From positions 1 to 55,256 of the IMG/VR virus record IMGVR_UViG_3300021197_000351: DNA of 55,256 nucleotides. The stretch is one strand, 5' to 3'. The notes under the pieces are model-generated. The model saw only the letters and a program-made list of their open reading frames with translations. It did not search any database and had not been told where the DNA came from. This document shows, piece by piece, positions 29,565-38,726 of the stretch. How positions within the stretch are numbered: the first letter of the stretch is position 1; every line of letters begins with the position of its first letter. The stretch comes from a virus. Its lineage: Duplodnaviria > Caudoviricetes. A program made the translations under genes and the position numbers.

Positions 29565-30047
29565 CTATCCTATTAAGTAGCCGCAAAAGGCATTGTACTC
29601 ATTTCCGTGCATAGTGGCTGTGTAAGATGTCGCATTAAAAATATTAACAGTGTCATTAGCTGACAAAGTTCTTATTGCGTCACCGTGTGTTGGATGCCAG
29701 TCTGTACCGCCCCCATCTTCATAAACTAAGAACTCCGCGCTTGAATCATTAATATAAAGAATTATTCGCGTATTTTGTTCATTAGTCATTGACCTAAAGC
29801 TGAAGAAGTAAGTGCCAGAAACAGGAGCAGTAAATTTGTACGTTGAAAGATTAAAATAACTTCCTACGTTTACTCTAGCCGTGTTGAGTGGGAATATGGT
29901 GTTTGCTGCCATCTCAAAGCTACCACCATTGTAAAAAACATTAAACGCTGGTTTAGCTGGTTGAAGAATACGTCCACTGTTATCAATCGTCATAGCCGCA
30001 GTTCCACCACTGCTTTGGATGGAGTCTACTTTTAGTATACTTGTCAT
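29565..30047 (-). CDS. C1q/TNF-like tail domain protein (type A paralog)
   Basis: KPAFNV...FTAPVSGTYFF...FCGYLIG. Confidence 0.65.
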   Translation of the reverse strand: MTSILKVDSIQSSGGTAAMTIDNSGRILQPAKPAFNVFYNGGSFEMAANTIFPLNTARVNVGSYFNLSTYKFTAPVSGTYFFSFRSMTNEQNTRIILYINDSSAEFLVYEDGGGTDWHPTHGDAIRTLSANDTVNIFNATSYTATMHGNEYNAFCGYLIG

Positions 30048-30580
30048 TGTGCAATCTCCATCAAAGTTAATGAACTTCTGGATCTGTTATTGTGCCAACC
30101 CACATATGCAAGTCCACTTCCACCATACCTTCCAAATGCAACTGTATATGTAAATGCATTAGTTGTTGCAGGCGAATCTATAACTTCAAAACTAAACTGG
30201 GATTGGTTAGAGCTGCTTGAGCCTCTACCAAAAGCATAATCAAGTAGCCCAGCTGTGTCATTACCAAGTTCTGAAGTTGTCATAAGAGAACCTCCTGCTT
30301 TTAGGAAAAGATTTACTCCAATGCTTTCAGCACTACCACCACAAGAGATGTTACCTCTAATAAGAATTACAGAAGATGATGATTTTGGTGTTATTGTTGC
30401 AGACAAGTAATCTACTGGATTTGCAAGGTCGGTAACTGCTGTTGATGCTTGTGTAGTGCTAGAAGCTATAACAGTCTGAATTACATGACCAGACGAATAA
30501 AGTGTTCCGCCTGATGTAATAGTAGCCGCTGTAGTACCGTTAGTGTGTTGGAGGGTTTCCACTCCGATTATTGAAGCCAT
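30044..30580 (-). CDS. Small tail/receptor-binding domain protein (type B paralog)
   Basis: GHVIQTV...ITPKSSSSVIL...DSPATTNAFTY...LTLMEIAQ. Confidence 0.65.
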   Translation of the reverse strand: MASIIGVETLQHTNGTTAATITSGGTLYSSGHVIQTVIASSTTQASTAVTDLANPVDYLSATITPKSSSSVILIRGNISCGGSAESIGVNLFLKAGGSLMTTSELGNDTAGLLDYAFGRGSSSSNQSQFSFEVIDSPATTNAFTYTVAFGRYGGSGLAYVGWHNNRSRSSLTLMEIAQ

Positions 30581-30589
30581 GTTATCCTC

Positions 30590-31096
30590 CTATCCTATTA
30601 AGTATCCGCCAAAAGAACTTCGCATTTTAATTATGTGAGACGAATCCCCAACTACTATTCTTAGTTGTAAAACAGTTCCTGCGTTTACATTTAATGCAAA
30701 AGACTTTTGTATTGTTGAGTGATGTTCAGTAGCACTAGATATGTAATACGAAATATCGTGTATCGTCCCTGAGTTAGCACCGTCCACCCATAAAGCTCCA
30801 AGGTGATACGATGCGGCATCTCCCCCTTCAATTCTAACCCCGTAATTAAACTGGTAAAATCCAGTTAAAGGGCAAGTCCATTCGTTTGTTGATATGTTGT
30901 AGTTGTTACCAATATCAAATAGTTCATTATCAAATGGTACAGTGTTCCAACCTGTTGCGGTTTGCGAACTGTCACTACTGCGTTCAACAAGAAATCTTGG
31001 TCTAGTTGGCGTAAGAAGGCGTCCACTGCTATCAATAGTTAACGCATCTGTTCCACCAGTCTTACTAGCTATTTCATCTACAAATAATTTACTCAT
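30590..31096 (-). CDS. C1q/TNF-like tail domain protein (type A paralog)
   Basis: RPRFLV...VPFDNELFDIG...CPLTGFYQF...FGGYLIG. Confidence 0.65.
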   Translation of the reverse strand: MSKLFVDEIASKTGGTDALTIDSSGRLLTPTRPRFLVERSSDSSQTATGWNTVPFDNELFDIGNNYNISTNEWTCPLTGFYQFNYGVRIEGGDAASYHLGALWVDGANSGTIHDISYYISSATEHHSTIQKSFALNVNAGTVLQLRIVVGDSSHIIKMRSSFGGYLIG

Positions 31097-31097
31097 A

Positions 31098-31565
31098 TTA
31101 CACCACCGTAAATGTGCCGTTGACAGTCAACGTAGCTGCAAGTGTAAATGGTCCTGCTACAAGAGCATTCTCACCACTGGCAATCGTTGTATTATCTGTA
31201 AGGCTGTTAGGGTTAACACGAATATTAGCTACGCCACCACGACTAATAGTGCTACTGAGTTTTGCTGTAGTAACTGAGTTATCTGTTGGTACTGTGCTAT
31301 TACCTACTTCTCCTAGCGCAAGAATATAATCAATGCTATCTGAAGAAGATAAGTTAGAGGCAAACACAATGTTACTTCCGCTGACACTATAAGCGTCATT
31401 GGGTGCTTGTGTTACACCGTTAAGGGATACAATCAAAGACTCTGCGTTGGCTGGTGTAAATGCAGCACTGTTGTAAGTGAGTGCATACGTAGCTGTAGCA
31501 GATGCTGTGAGTGCGCCTAGTTTTTTAAAGTCCCCTGCAAGGGGCTGTTTACCTACATATGGCAT
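31098..31565 (-). CDS. Tail fiber adapter-like protein
   Basis: MPYVGKQP...VSLNGVTQAP..AYSVSG...AGPFTL; paralog of 34818-35303. Confidence 0.6.
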   Translation of the reverse strand: MPYVGKQPLAGDFKKLGALTASATATYALTYNSAAFTPANAESLIVSLNGVTQAPNDAYSVSGSNIVFASNLSSSDSIDYILALGEVGNSTVPTDNSVTTAKLSSTISRGGVANIRVNPNSLTDNTTIASGENALVAGPFTLAATLTVNGTFTVV

Positions 31566-31576
31566 TTATGCCTCCT

Positions 31577-31765
31577 TTATGTTACGATTGGATCTGCATC
31601 AGCCGGAGTAATATCACCAGCGTCAATCTGAGCCTTGAGTTCGATGTAGTCAGAGTTTGTAGGGTCGAGTGGAATGTGAACCTCTGGCTGACCATTCATG
31701 GTGCATCTGTATGCAATGTTGTTACCCTCAAGGTCAGTGTGCCATTTTACATTAGTAAATTCCAT
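31577..31765 (-). CDS. Small tail assembly-like protein
   Basis: HIPLDPTNSDY motif, directly after a tail fiber gene; GGAGG RBS supports start 31765. Confidence 0.55.
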   Translation of the reverse strand: MEFTNVKWHTDLEGNNIAYRCTMNGQPEVHIPLDPTNSDYIELKAQIDAGDITPADADPIVT

Positions 31766-31773
31766 AATACCTC

Positions 31774-32829
31774 CTACAATTCCGCTTCGGCAGTCCACTG
31801 CCCAAAACCAATCATTAATACATTGCCGCTAATATTTTGACCAACAGTAAATCCATTTTCACGAATGTGGCCTATGTATCCGGCACCAGCAGAATAACTT
31901 ATTGTGCCTGTATTTGTTGGTATCAACTGCCCCCAATGTCCATTACTGTTTCCATATGTAGTCATAGTAGGGGTCGCTCTCATTGGCGGGTCTAGTTGTA
32001 TACCACCAGAATAAATACCTGAGTTATTAGAACCACAATAACCACCCATTGCCCCATTATAACTGTTAGATGTAGTGTTAGAAGAATTTACTGGTGGTTG
32101 GGAATATACGAAACTTTTTTGATAAAAACGTTTGCAGCTATGCAACTCATTCGCAAACGACCGATGCTCAAACGGCGTGGCCTCTTCGCCAAGTTCAAAT
32201 TGCAAGCCAGCTAGATTTAACTCCCACGCAGTTGTGCTAGTGTCTGCTGCGGGTTGAGTAAACGAAATTGAAAGGTATGCGCTGTTATCTATAGTAGTAT
32301 TAGCAGGGGCTGGAATATCAAAAGTAAAGCTGTATTTTACCCACGATGAAGTTACAGTAAGAGACTGGGCAACTGCATTATCACCACCACCACTAGATGT
32401 ATTATACCACGCGGGTTGCATTGTAAAACTGCCACCAGCGGGATTAGTTCCTTTTGCGTAGAAAGAAAGTGTGGCTTTGCTACCAATTAAATGCACAACA
32501 TTTGACGCTTCAATGTTTTGATAAACACCACAGTTATTATTTGCAGTTGTTACTGCTAGTTTTAGGTATTTTTCAAATCCAAGAGAGTTTCTGTCAGCAG
32601 TTGAAAATGCTTGCTGTGACATTGTTACTCCTGATGCGCCAGAAAGTGCGAGATAATATCTATCTAAAGAACCGTAACCTTCTGTTGTATGGCTGCTTCC
32701 TCGCTGTGCCACCTGCATCGCACCGTTGATGATGAGGTTTCTAACACCTAGATTACCATCATTAATTATTTTATCAGCAGTAACAGCATCATTAGCTATA
32801 CTAGCTGTTTTAATTGTACTTAATGCCAT
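31774..32829 (-). CDS. Tail fiber with carbohydrate-binding-like domain
   Basis: RNLIINGAMQVAQRG...QFELGEEATPFEHR...CKRFYQK pattern of phage tail fibers. Confidence 0.7.
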   Translation of the reverse strand: MALSTIKTASIANDAVTADKIINDGNLGVRNLIINGAMQVAQRGSSHTTEGYGSLDRYYLALSGASGVTMSQQAFSTADRNSLGFEKYLKLAVTTANNNCGVYQNIEASNVVHLIGSKATLSFYAKGTNPAGGSFTMQPAWYNTSSGGGDNAVAQSLTVTSSWVKYSFTFDIPAPANTTIDNSAYLSISFTQPAADTSTTAWELNLAGLQFELGEEATPFEHRSFANELHSCKRFYQKSFVYSQPPVNSSNTTSNSYNGAMGGYCGSNNSGIYSGGIQLDPPMRATPTMTTYGNSNGHWGQLIPTNTGTISYSAGAGYIGHIRENGFTVGQNISGNVLMIGFGQWTAEAEL

Positions 32830-32841
32830 TATAGCCTCCTA

Positions 32842-33204
32842 TTAGTAAGGGCTTGCACCAAGTAACGATGTATCCCAAGCTGCCTTTAGCTCTGTAATTG
32901 TTGACGCACTATCAATAGCTGAAGCAGCTGGTGCATCACGAAGTGCGTTTTTAGCTGTAGCAATAGCTGTTGTACTTGCGCTAGTTTCAAGCGCTTTCAT
33001 AAGTTCTACGTCTTTAGCCTCTAGCAGTGGCTTACGTACTTCTCTTACTTTATCTTTAAATATAGCTTTAGCGCTATCCATATCTTCCGAGATTACAGTT
33101 CCGTCAAGAACCCAAGCACCACGGAAGTTACGGTCTGCAGGGACGTTTACGCTACCAGCCAGTGCTGATTGTCCGTTTGCATCTACAATATATGTATCTA
33201 CCAT
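32842..33204 (-). CDS. Tail fiber assembly-like protein
   Basis: DRNFRGAW...REVRKPLLEAKD...ALRDAP. Confidence 0.6.
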   Translation of the reverse strand: MVDTYIVDANGQSALAGSVNVPADRNFRGAWVLDGTVISEDMDSAKAIFKDKVREVRKPLLEAKDVELMKALETSASTTAIATAKNALRDAPAASAIDSASTITELKAAWDTSLLGASPY

Positions 33205-33213
33205 TTATTTCTC

Positions 33214-33678
33214 CTATGCGGCGATTAGATCTTGATCGATCTTCCATGCGTTTCGCCATTCTCTAGTTTGAGGTAATTGTTCTTTTTTACAGATAACCAT
33301 CTTAAGGCGGTTACCTTCGTTATATGTTTTCCACACTGCTTGTGGGCAGTCTTTAAGTATAAGATACTCAATGGCCTCTTCTTCGGTCATAGCGTCAATA
33401 GGCTGTGTCTCATGTAGTAGATAGCCACGGGTATGCTTAGTAAAGTCAGGCTGTGCCTCATCCTTTGCTAGCTCGTGGTATACTTCTACGGGTGGTAAGA
33501 TACCGCCCTGTAGCGCACACGCCATCCAGTTAGGGTCAGGAACCAATATCTTAGCGCACTCATCCACACTGTCCTCGTACACTACACGGTAGTCTGACTG
33601 CACACCCTCAAGGTTTTCTTTGGCCCAGCAGAGCCTATCCCATAGATGTGTGCCTTGAAACTTTGGGGTCACTGTCAT
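33214..33678 (-). CDS. Tail-associated hypothetical protein
   Basis: MTEEEAIEYLILKDCP...REWRNAW; ATGA coupling and GGAG support start 33678. Confidence 0.6.
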   Translation of the reverse strand: MTVTPKFQGTHLWDRLCWAKENLEGVQSDYRVVYEDSVDECAKILVPDPNWMACALQGGILPPVEVYHELAKDEAQPDFTKHTRGYLLHETQPIDAMTEEEAIEYLILKDCPQAVWKTYNEGNRLKMVICKKEQLPQTREWRNAWKIDQDLIAA

Positions 33679-34034
33679 GCTAGGTCTCCGTGAACTGCTG
33701 CGGCGCATTTTCTATCTACAGCACTGCCACCTTCTTCTAACTTTAAATCAATTCTTGTGGTGGCTCTACCGTTGTTATAGACAACCGCATCATTATTTTG
33801 TGCGCAAGTAGAAGGAACAGCCTGAAAATTGTTGGTAAATGCGTTAGTAAAAGTAGTTCTGTAATTGCCAGTTCCTTGGTCTGCCGTGCTTGATGTGTTA
33901 AAGCTATCATCTAATGATGCATCAGTGTTTTGATGTAACCACGCCTTCGCACTACCATTCACAACAAACTTTGTATCCAGCGACCCTGCGGTGCTATGTT
34001 CTAGCGTATCTGCTTTAATTTTTCCATTTGCCAT
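33675..34034 (-). CDS. Small tail domain protein (GDLA paralog 3)
   Basis: AKAW...DSFNTSS..D.GTGNY...GDLA. Confidence 0.65.
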   Translation of the reverse strand: MANGKIKADTLEHSTAGSLDTKFVVNGSAKAWLHQNTDASLDDSFNTSSTADQGTGNYRTTFTNAFTNNFQAVPSTCAQNNDAVVYNNGRATTRIDLKLEEGGSAVDRKCAAAVHGDLA

Positions 34035-34438
34035 TATGCTAGGTCTCCTAAAACTGCTGTATTTCCAGTAACACTTGTACCGCTTGAGGGAGAGTTAGAA
34101 ACGCAACAAGAAACAAAATACGAGCCAGTTGCAGGTGATGATATGCCTATACTTCTAGGGGCCTGACCTGATGTTTCAGCAGTTCCAAAAGCCATATATG
34201 TTGTGTTAGACATAGCGTTTGTCATATTTATTGTATAAGTATTAGGCGCGTTTCCCGATTCGTCTACGCAACTTGCAACATTAAAACTATCTTGAATAGT
34301 AAACGAACCATTTATATTATTCCAAGACTTCGCCAACCCCTGTTGCAAGTTAGTGGTCGTGCTGTTACCTTCCCCTGTTACAAGGATAGACCCAGCGGTA
34401 CCTACGCCAGTAAGCTTGTCTGTTTTTATCTCACTCAT
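34034..34438 (-). CDS. Small tail domain protein (GDLA paralog 2)
   Basis: AKSW...DSFNVAS..D...GDLA. Confidence 0.65.
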   Translation of the reverse strand: MSEIKTDKLTGVGTAGSILVTGEGNSTTTNLQQGLAKSWNNINGSFTIQDSFNVASCVDESGNAPNTYTINMTNAMSNTTYMAFGTAETSGQAPRSIGISSPATGSYFVSCCVSNSPSSGTSVTGNTAVLGDLA

Positions 34439-34821
34439 GCTAGGTCTCCGTGAATAAGTTGTGACATCTGGTCACTATCTGTACCTGTTTGATTTCCATC
34501 AGAAGAAAAACTATCTATGCCGCAACTGCTTGTAATTGGAGGGTAAACGTCTTTATTAGAAGTAGAAAACAGAGCATTAACACCGCCATCATGCCTTGAA
34601 TGACCTGTGTTTGGATATTGTGTTGATGACATATTATTGGTGAAAGCACTAGCATATTGACCTGTAGTGGAATCTATCAAAGAACTGACGTTGAATGAAT
34701 TATCTATAGCAACAGTGCCAGTACCGTCAAAATGGTTCCACGCCTTCGCCGCACTCTGCTTCGTCAGCGTGACTGCACCGCCAGAGCTGGTCTGTACTGT
34801 ATTACAATGTACTGTACTCAT
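34435..34821 (-). CDS. Small tail domain protein (GDLA paralog 1)
   Basis: AKAW...NSFNVSS..D.TTGQY...GDLA. Confidence 0.65.
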   Translation of the reverse strand: MSTVHCNTVQTSSGGAVTLTKQSAAKAWNHFDGTGTVAIDNSFNVSSLIDSTTGQYASAFTNNMSSTQYPNTGHSRHDGGVNALFSTSNKDVYPPITSSCGIDSFSSDGNQTGTDSDQMSQLIHGDLA

Positions 34822-35303
34822 GTTACCACCAATGTCGCACCAGCACTAACGGTGATGACGACTCCTGAAGCTAGGGTTAATGGACCAGCACACATACCAT
34901 TAGTGTTTGCGGCTACTGTTACTGAAGTGTTTAGTTCTTTTTCATGTACTCTAATAATGTTACCAAGTTGTGTAGCGTCACCAAGGTATGACCCTGCAGC
35001 GCCTTGAGCAAGCATTGCTGCTGTTACTGAAGAAGGTGAGGGTGTAGTAGTCTGTACAGCTTTACCTTGATATACTACATAAAAGTCATCTGTGCTTGCT
35101 ACGTTACCTGTCATAGTGAGAGCCGTTCCAGAAACATTATATGCTACTGCTGGCTCTTGTCTTACGTTGTTTACGAATACTTCAAGCTCATTAGCATTTG
35201 CTACAGCTGTAGTAAGTGTATAACTAGCGCCACCGTTACCTGTAATAGCTTGTTTAGCCAGTGAAGAAAAGTTTGAACTTGCTTGATTACCAATGTAACC
35301 CAT
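34818..35303 (-). CDS. Tail fiber adapter-like protein
   Basis: MGYIGNQA...VFVNNVRQEP..AYNVSG...AGPLTL. Confidence 0.6.
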   Translation of the reverse strand: MGYIGNQASSNFSSLAKQAITGNGGASYTLTTAVANANELEVFVNNVRQEPAVAYNVSGTALTMTGNVASTDDFYVVYQGKAVQTTTPSPSSVTAAMLAQGAAGSYLGDATQLGNIIRVHEKELNTSVTVAANTNGMCAGPLTLASGVVITVSAGATLVVT

Positions 35304-35314
35304 ATCACCCTCCT

Positions 35315-35650
35315 CTAGCTACTAATATCATCAACGGCAGATACAACCACATCGACTGAGCTTGCAGTGTCTGATACAATATTAAGCCTATCACCTGACT
35401 GTACTACAAACTTAGCACCGCCATCAAGAAGCTGAAGTGAACTTCCAGCTGGAATAGGTGCATCTTTAATAAGGTAGTAGTTATTACCACCGTTTGAAAT
35501 GTATACAGAAACAAGTATCTGTTGTGCCACAATGTTGGCAAGGTTAATTCCTACGATAGTATCATACGAATCAAAGTTAGCTCCATCTGGAATGTCAGTT
35601 GCCGAAGTTCCGATGGCTCTTTCTATATAGCGTCTAAAGTTCTGTGCCAT
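35315..35650 (-). CDS. Putative tail structural protein
   Basis: 111-aa beta-rich ORF (YLIKDAPIPAGSSL...KFVVQSGD) with a strong RBS. Confidence 0.6.
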   Translation of the reverse strand: MAQNFRRYIERAIGTSATDIPDGANFDSYDTIVGINLANIVAQQILVSVYISNGGNNYYLIKDAPIPAGSSLQLLDGGAKFVVQSGDRLNIVSDTASSVDVVVSAVDDISS

Positions 35651-35659
35651 ATCTTTCTC

Positions 35660-36997
35660 CTATAGTGCAATTGACATTGCAATTGAAAATCCTTTTGTAG
35701 CAAAACTACTAGTATCAGTTGCCTGAATAGGTAACCACGTACCTACTGGCGCTCCTGTACCTGATGGTGCTACTGAACAATATTTAACTGCGTTATCTGT
35801 TGTGTTATAATACAAGTCACCTACGGTTACTGTCTTACCAGCCGCTTCATGTGCATTCTCTGCAGCCGCATCTGTAGCATAGTTACCGTAATACTTTTCA
35901 TCAAAGTTAGCCACACTGCTAGCCGCTTGGTCTGCCCAATAAGCCGCTGAATATTTTGCTGTTCCACCTGATCCTGTAACAGGAGTAGACATAACAAAGT
36001 TACCGCCACCTAAAGCCCATTGTTTTGCCGAGCCATTAGTGTTACCTGCTTGAATACCTACTGCATATTCTTTAGATGAGTATTCAGTGTTATCAGCTGT
36101 GGTAGATGTTTCAGTTGCCCAGTCTTTAGCATTACCAGCACCTGAAGCGTGATCTACACCTGTGCCTCCAGTTGCCCATGCTTTAGATGAATAACCTTCA
36201 CCTGTAACTGCTTCACCGTTTGTTTTTTGCGCCCATGCTTCTGCTTCATCTTCAGAGCCTTGTGCATCTGTAGCTGAACTTGCAGCCGCTGTAGCCGAGT
36301 TACCTGCATTTGTAGCTTGTGTACTAGCTGTTGATGCGCTAGTTGCCGCATTGTTAGCTTGAGTAGTCGCTGTTGATGCACTTCCCGCACTAGCAGTTGC
36401 TGAGTTACCTGAAGCTGTAGCACTATTAGCACTATTAGTTGCTGAAGTTGCTGCATTAGTTTCAGAAGTAGCTGCAGCTGTGGCTGAGCTAGCCGAAGCT
36501 GTTGCACTACTAGCACTAGCAGTTGCACTATTAGCACTTGCTGTAGCTGAAGTTGTTGCACTGTTAGCAGAACCAGTTGCTGATGTAGCACTTGATGCCG
36601 CTGAAGTTGCAGAGTTAGCCGCTGCAGTTTGTGAAGCTGCGGCATTAGTGGCTGAAGTACTTGCTTCTGCCGCTTTAGTTGTTGCTGTTGCTGCGTCTGC
36701 TGCTGTAGTTGAAGCAGAGTTTGCCGCCGCCGAGGCAGAGCTTGCACTAGCGGTAGCTGAAGTTGCACTCGCTGTAGCACTAGTTGCTGCGTTAGTTGCT
36801 GATGTAGCCGCATTAGTTGCACTAGTAGCCGCCGCTGTTTCTGATGCTTTAGCATTAGTTGCCGCTGTTTCAGCCGCTAGAACGTCTGCTCCTACAATAT
36901 CAGGAATACCATCAATTAGTGTATCTGTAAATAAGCCACCATTAGCGGCATTATCTGTTGCACCCGTAAATTGTCCGGGCCTTGCTGGTGTTGTCAT
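35660..36997 (-). CDS. Tail fiber with Ala/Ser/Thr heptad-repeat coiled coil
   Basis: Long (A)ATSATNA-type repeats, then YSSK.WA repeats and GDLYYNTT. Confidence 0.75.
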   Translation of the reverse strand: MTTPARPGQFTGATDNAANGGLFTDTLIDGIPDIVGADVLAAETAATNAKASETAAATSATNAATSATNAATSATASATSATASASSASAAANSASTTAADAATATTKAAEASTSATNAAASQTAAANSATSAASSATSATGSANSATTSATASANSATASASSATASASSATAAATSETNAATSATNSANSATASGNSATASAGSASTATTQANNAATSASTASTQATNAGNSATAAASSATDAQGSEDEAEAWAQKTNGEAVTGEGYSSKAWATGGTGVDHASGAGNAKDWATETSTTADNTEYSSKEYAVGIQAGNTNGSAKQWALGGGNFVMSTPVTGSGGTAKYSAAYWADQAASSVANFDEKYYGNYATDAAAENAHEAAGKTVTVGDLYYNTTDNAVKYCSVAPSGTGAPVGTWLPIQATDTSSFATKGFSIAMSIAL

Positions 36998-37884
36998 TAT
37001 ATTAAGCCTCGCCCGTTAAAGTTAATTTGTAGGTTTCCACCTGAAGCGTTTCGTTTAGCGTCTTCATCGTTAAGTTCTGCAATTTCGCTTTTAAACATTG
37101 CTAAATACTTTGCAGCTTGGTCATCATCTTGCACATATGCAAACACTTCTGATAGTGCCCCAAACAAAAGAACACGCTGGTTTTCATCACGCAGCCAGTT
37201 AGGTGTTGCAATACCAATATAATAAGTAGCAGTTACAGTACCACCCGTGCTAGCCGCTTGCGCTGCGCTTTGAGTAGCATAGGCAGTTGTTCCCGTGTTG
37301 CTATTAAAATATAATTGTTTAGAATTAGCTACACCAGATCCTGCACCGGTTGTTGTAAGAAAACCGGCATTATAGTTAAGCACTGTTACGGAATAAACAG
37401 CGTTAAGTGCCGGGAGTCTACGGTAATAATAAAGTTCTATACTATTAGCATCTGATCCTTGATTTGAAAAACCAAAGCCAGGTGTAAGGTATACTACATT
37501 TCTTTCCCGCGTCCAATAGTTATTTGTTGAGTATTTTTCAGCAGATGGATCATTAAATGTACGTACATCTAGCTTTTCATTAAATACTCTAATAGCTGCA
37601 CCGGAAGTGTCTACTTCTTTAATTTGAATAAATTCAACCAAATCGTAAGGTAGTTGTATTTCTGTTTTACTTGGGTTAACACCCGATGTTGCTGTGGTTG
37701 CAGACTCAAGTAATGTTTTTTCGTATACTGCTACGTTTTCTAGCGGAGGTACGCGTAGTGAGCGATATGCTTTATCTGCAGCATACTTAAGTCCATCCTT
37801 AATAATCGCATCACTAACAACCTCTTCATCCCTGTTAGACCAGGTACGAACAAGCGCCACTAATTCATCATAGGTTATTGCCAT
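36997..37884 (-). CDS. Head-tail adaptor / tail tubular protein
   Basis: TYDELVALVRTWSNR...LRVP...LPYDLVE...NWL...LLFGAL; follows the capsid genes. Confidence 0.7.
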   Translation of the reverse strand: MAITYDELVALVRTWSNRDEEVVSDAIIKDGLKYAADKAYRSLRVPPLENVAVYEKTLLESATTATSGVNPSKTEIQLPYDLVEFIQIKEVDTSGAAIRVFNEKLDVRTFNDPSAEKYSTNNYWTRERNVVYLTPGFGFSNQGSDANSIELYYYRRLPALNAVYSVTVLNYNAGFLTTTGAGSGVANSKQLYFNSNTGTTAYATQSAAQAASTGGTVTATYYIGIATPNWLRDENQRVLLFGALSEVFAYVQDDDQAAKYLAMFKSEIAELNDEDAKRNASGGNLQINFNGRGLI

Positions 37885-37898
37885 ATCAGGTCTCCTAA

Positions 37899-38240
37899 TT
37901 AAGTATTTACCAAGAGATCTCTGTATTCAGTTTGCAAAATAGTTCTCAACCGTTTCATATTATTTGGATCATTCATAAACCCAGGGTCGTGTAAATCTAA
38001 ATGATGTTCTTGCAAAATCTTAATTGCAACAATATCGGGAATAGTTGCCATCTTACGATAGCCACCCTTTTTGTGACCGAAATATGCCTGCCGGTCGCGA
38101 TCCATTTTAGCTTGTTCTTTATATTGAGTAATATCTTGTGTTGCTTGCCAATCACCTGAACTCAGGTCAAAGCCAGCATGAATACCTTCGTCTGCTTTTA
38201 CTGTAGCACTACGAAATTTAAAATCTGTCTCTTTGCTCAT
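37899..38240 (-). CDS. Hypothetical protein
   Basis: 113-aa ORF, RKMATIPDIV motif. Confidence 0.65.
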   Translation of the reverse strand: MSKETDFKFRSATVKADEGIHAGFDLSSGDWQATQDITQYKEQAKMDRDRQAYFGHKKGGYRKMATIPDIVAIKILQEHHLDLHDPGFMNDPNNMKRLRTILQTEYRDLLVNT

Positions 38241-38255
38241 GTCCTCAAAACTCCT

Positions 38256-38465
38256 TTATGGCGATTGTGTATACGGTGCAAAGCGTCCTGCTTTGATATA
38301 GCCTAAGCGTGCGCCAGTAGTCCCGACAACAGCTGGTGCCGAACCGACAGCGACTGAACCCGCATTAGGTGTAAAATGAGTAATTTTATTAGTGGCTTCA
38401 TCTACGCGCCACACACATCTATCAGCTGGGTAAGTATTCCCATTAGCAAGTTGAATAACTAGCAT
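38256..38465 (-). CDS. Hypothetical protein
   Basis: 69-aa ORF with GGAG RBS. Confidence 0.6.
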   Translation of the reverse strand: MLVIQLANGNTYPADRCVWRVDEATNKITHFTPNAGSVAVGSAPAVVGTTGARLGYIKAGRFAPYTQSP

Positions 38466-38484
38466 TTACTTATCTCCTGTTTAT

Positions 38485-38673
38485 TTATTTTTTCATTGGG
38501 TTATTCATAGCCGGACCACATCCTGCTACTTTACCACCTTTGTTGTAATAGCCAGCTACGTTGCCGCCCATTGCTTTATATTCAATATCTTTTCCAGTTT
38601 TGTCAGCATACTTTTTGGCAGCTTCCATTCCGTACTTATTATATTTAAATTCTTTATCACCAACCTTTGGCAT
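38485..38673 (-). CDS. Small basic protein with GGxV motifs
   Basis: MPKVGDKEFKY...MGGNV..YNKGGKV; GGAGG RBS. Confidence 0.65.
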   Translation of the reverse strand: MPKVGDKEFKYNKYGMEAAKKYADKTGKDIEYKAMGGNVAGYYNKGGKVAGCGPAMNNPMKK

Positions 38674-38684
38674 AGTTACCTCCT

Positions 38685-38717
38685 AAAAAGAAAGGGGAAG
38701 CCATAAAGACCTCCCCT
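38685..38717 (-). terminator. Intrinsic terminator after the major capsid gene
   Basis: - strand AGGGGAGGTC-TTTAT-GGCTTCCCCT followed by TTCTTTTT. Confidence 0.8.
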
Positions 38718-38726
38718 AACAATAGT

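Noticed and set aside
29046-35303. Diversity-generating retroelement or invertase shufflon acting on tail genes
   Set aside because: No reverse transcriptase, recombinase or long template/variable repeat pair seen; all genes are in one orientation.
36154-37019. Long alternative-frame and antisense ORFs (233 aa Gln/Leu-rich, 179 aa Ala-rich)
   Set aside because: By-products of the Ala/Ser/Thr codon repeats of the tail fiber gene.
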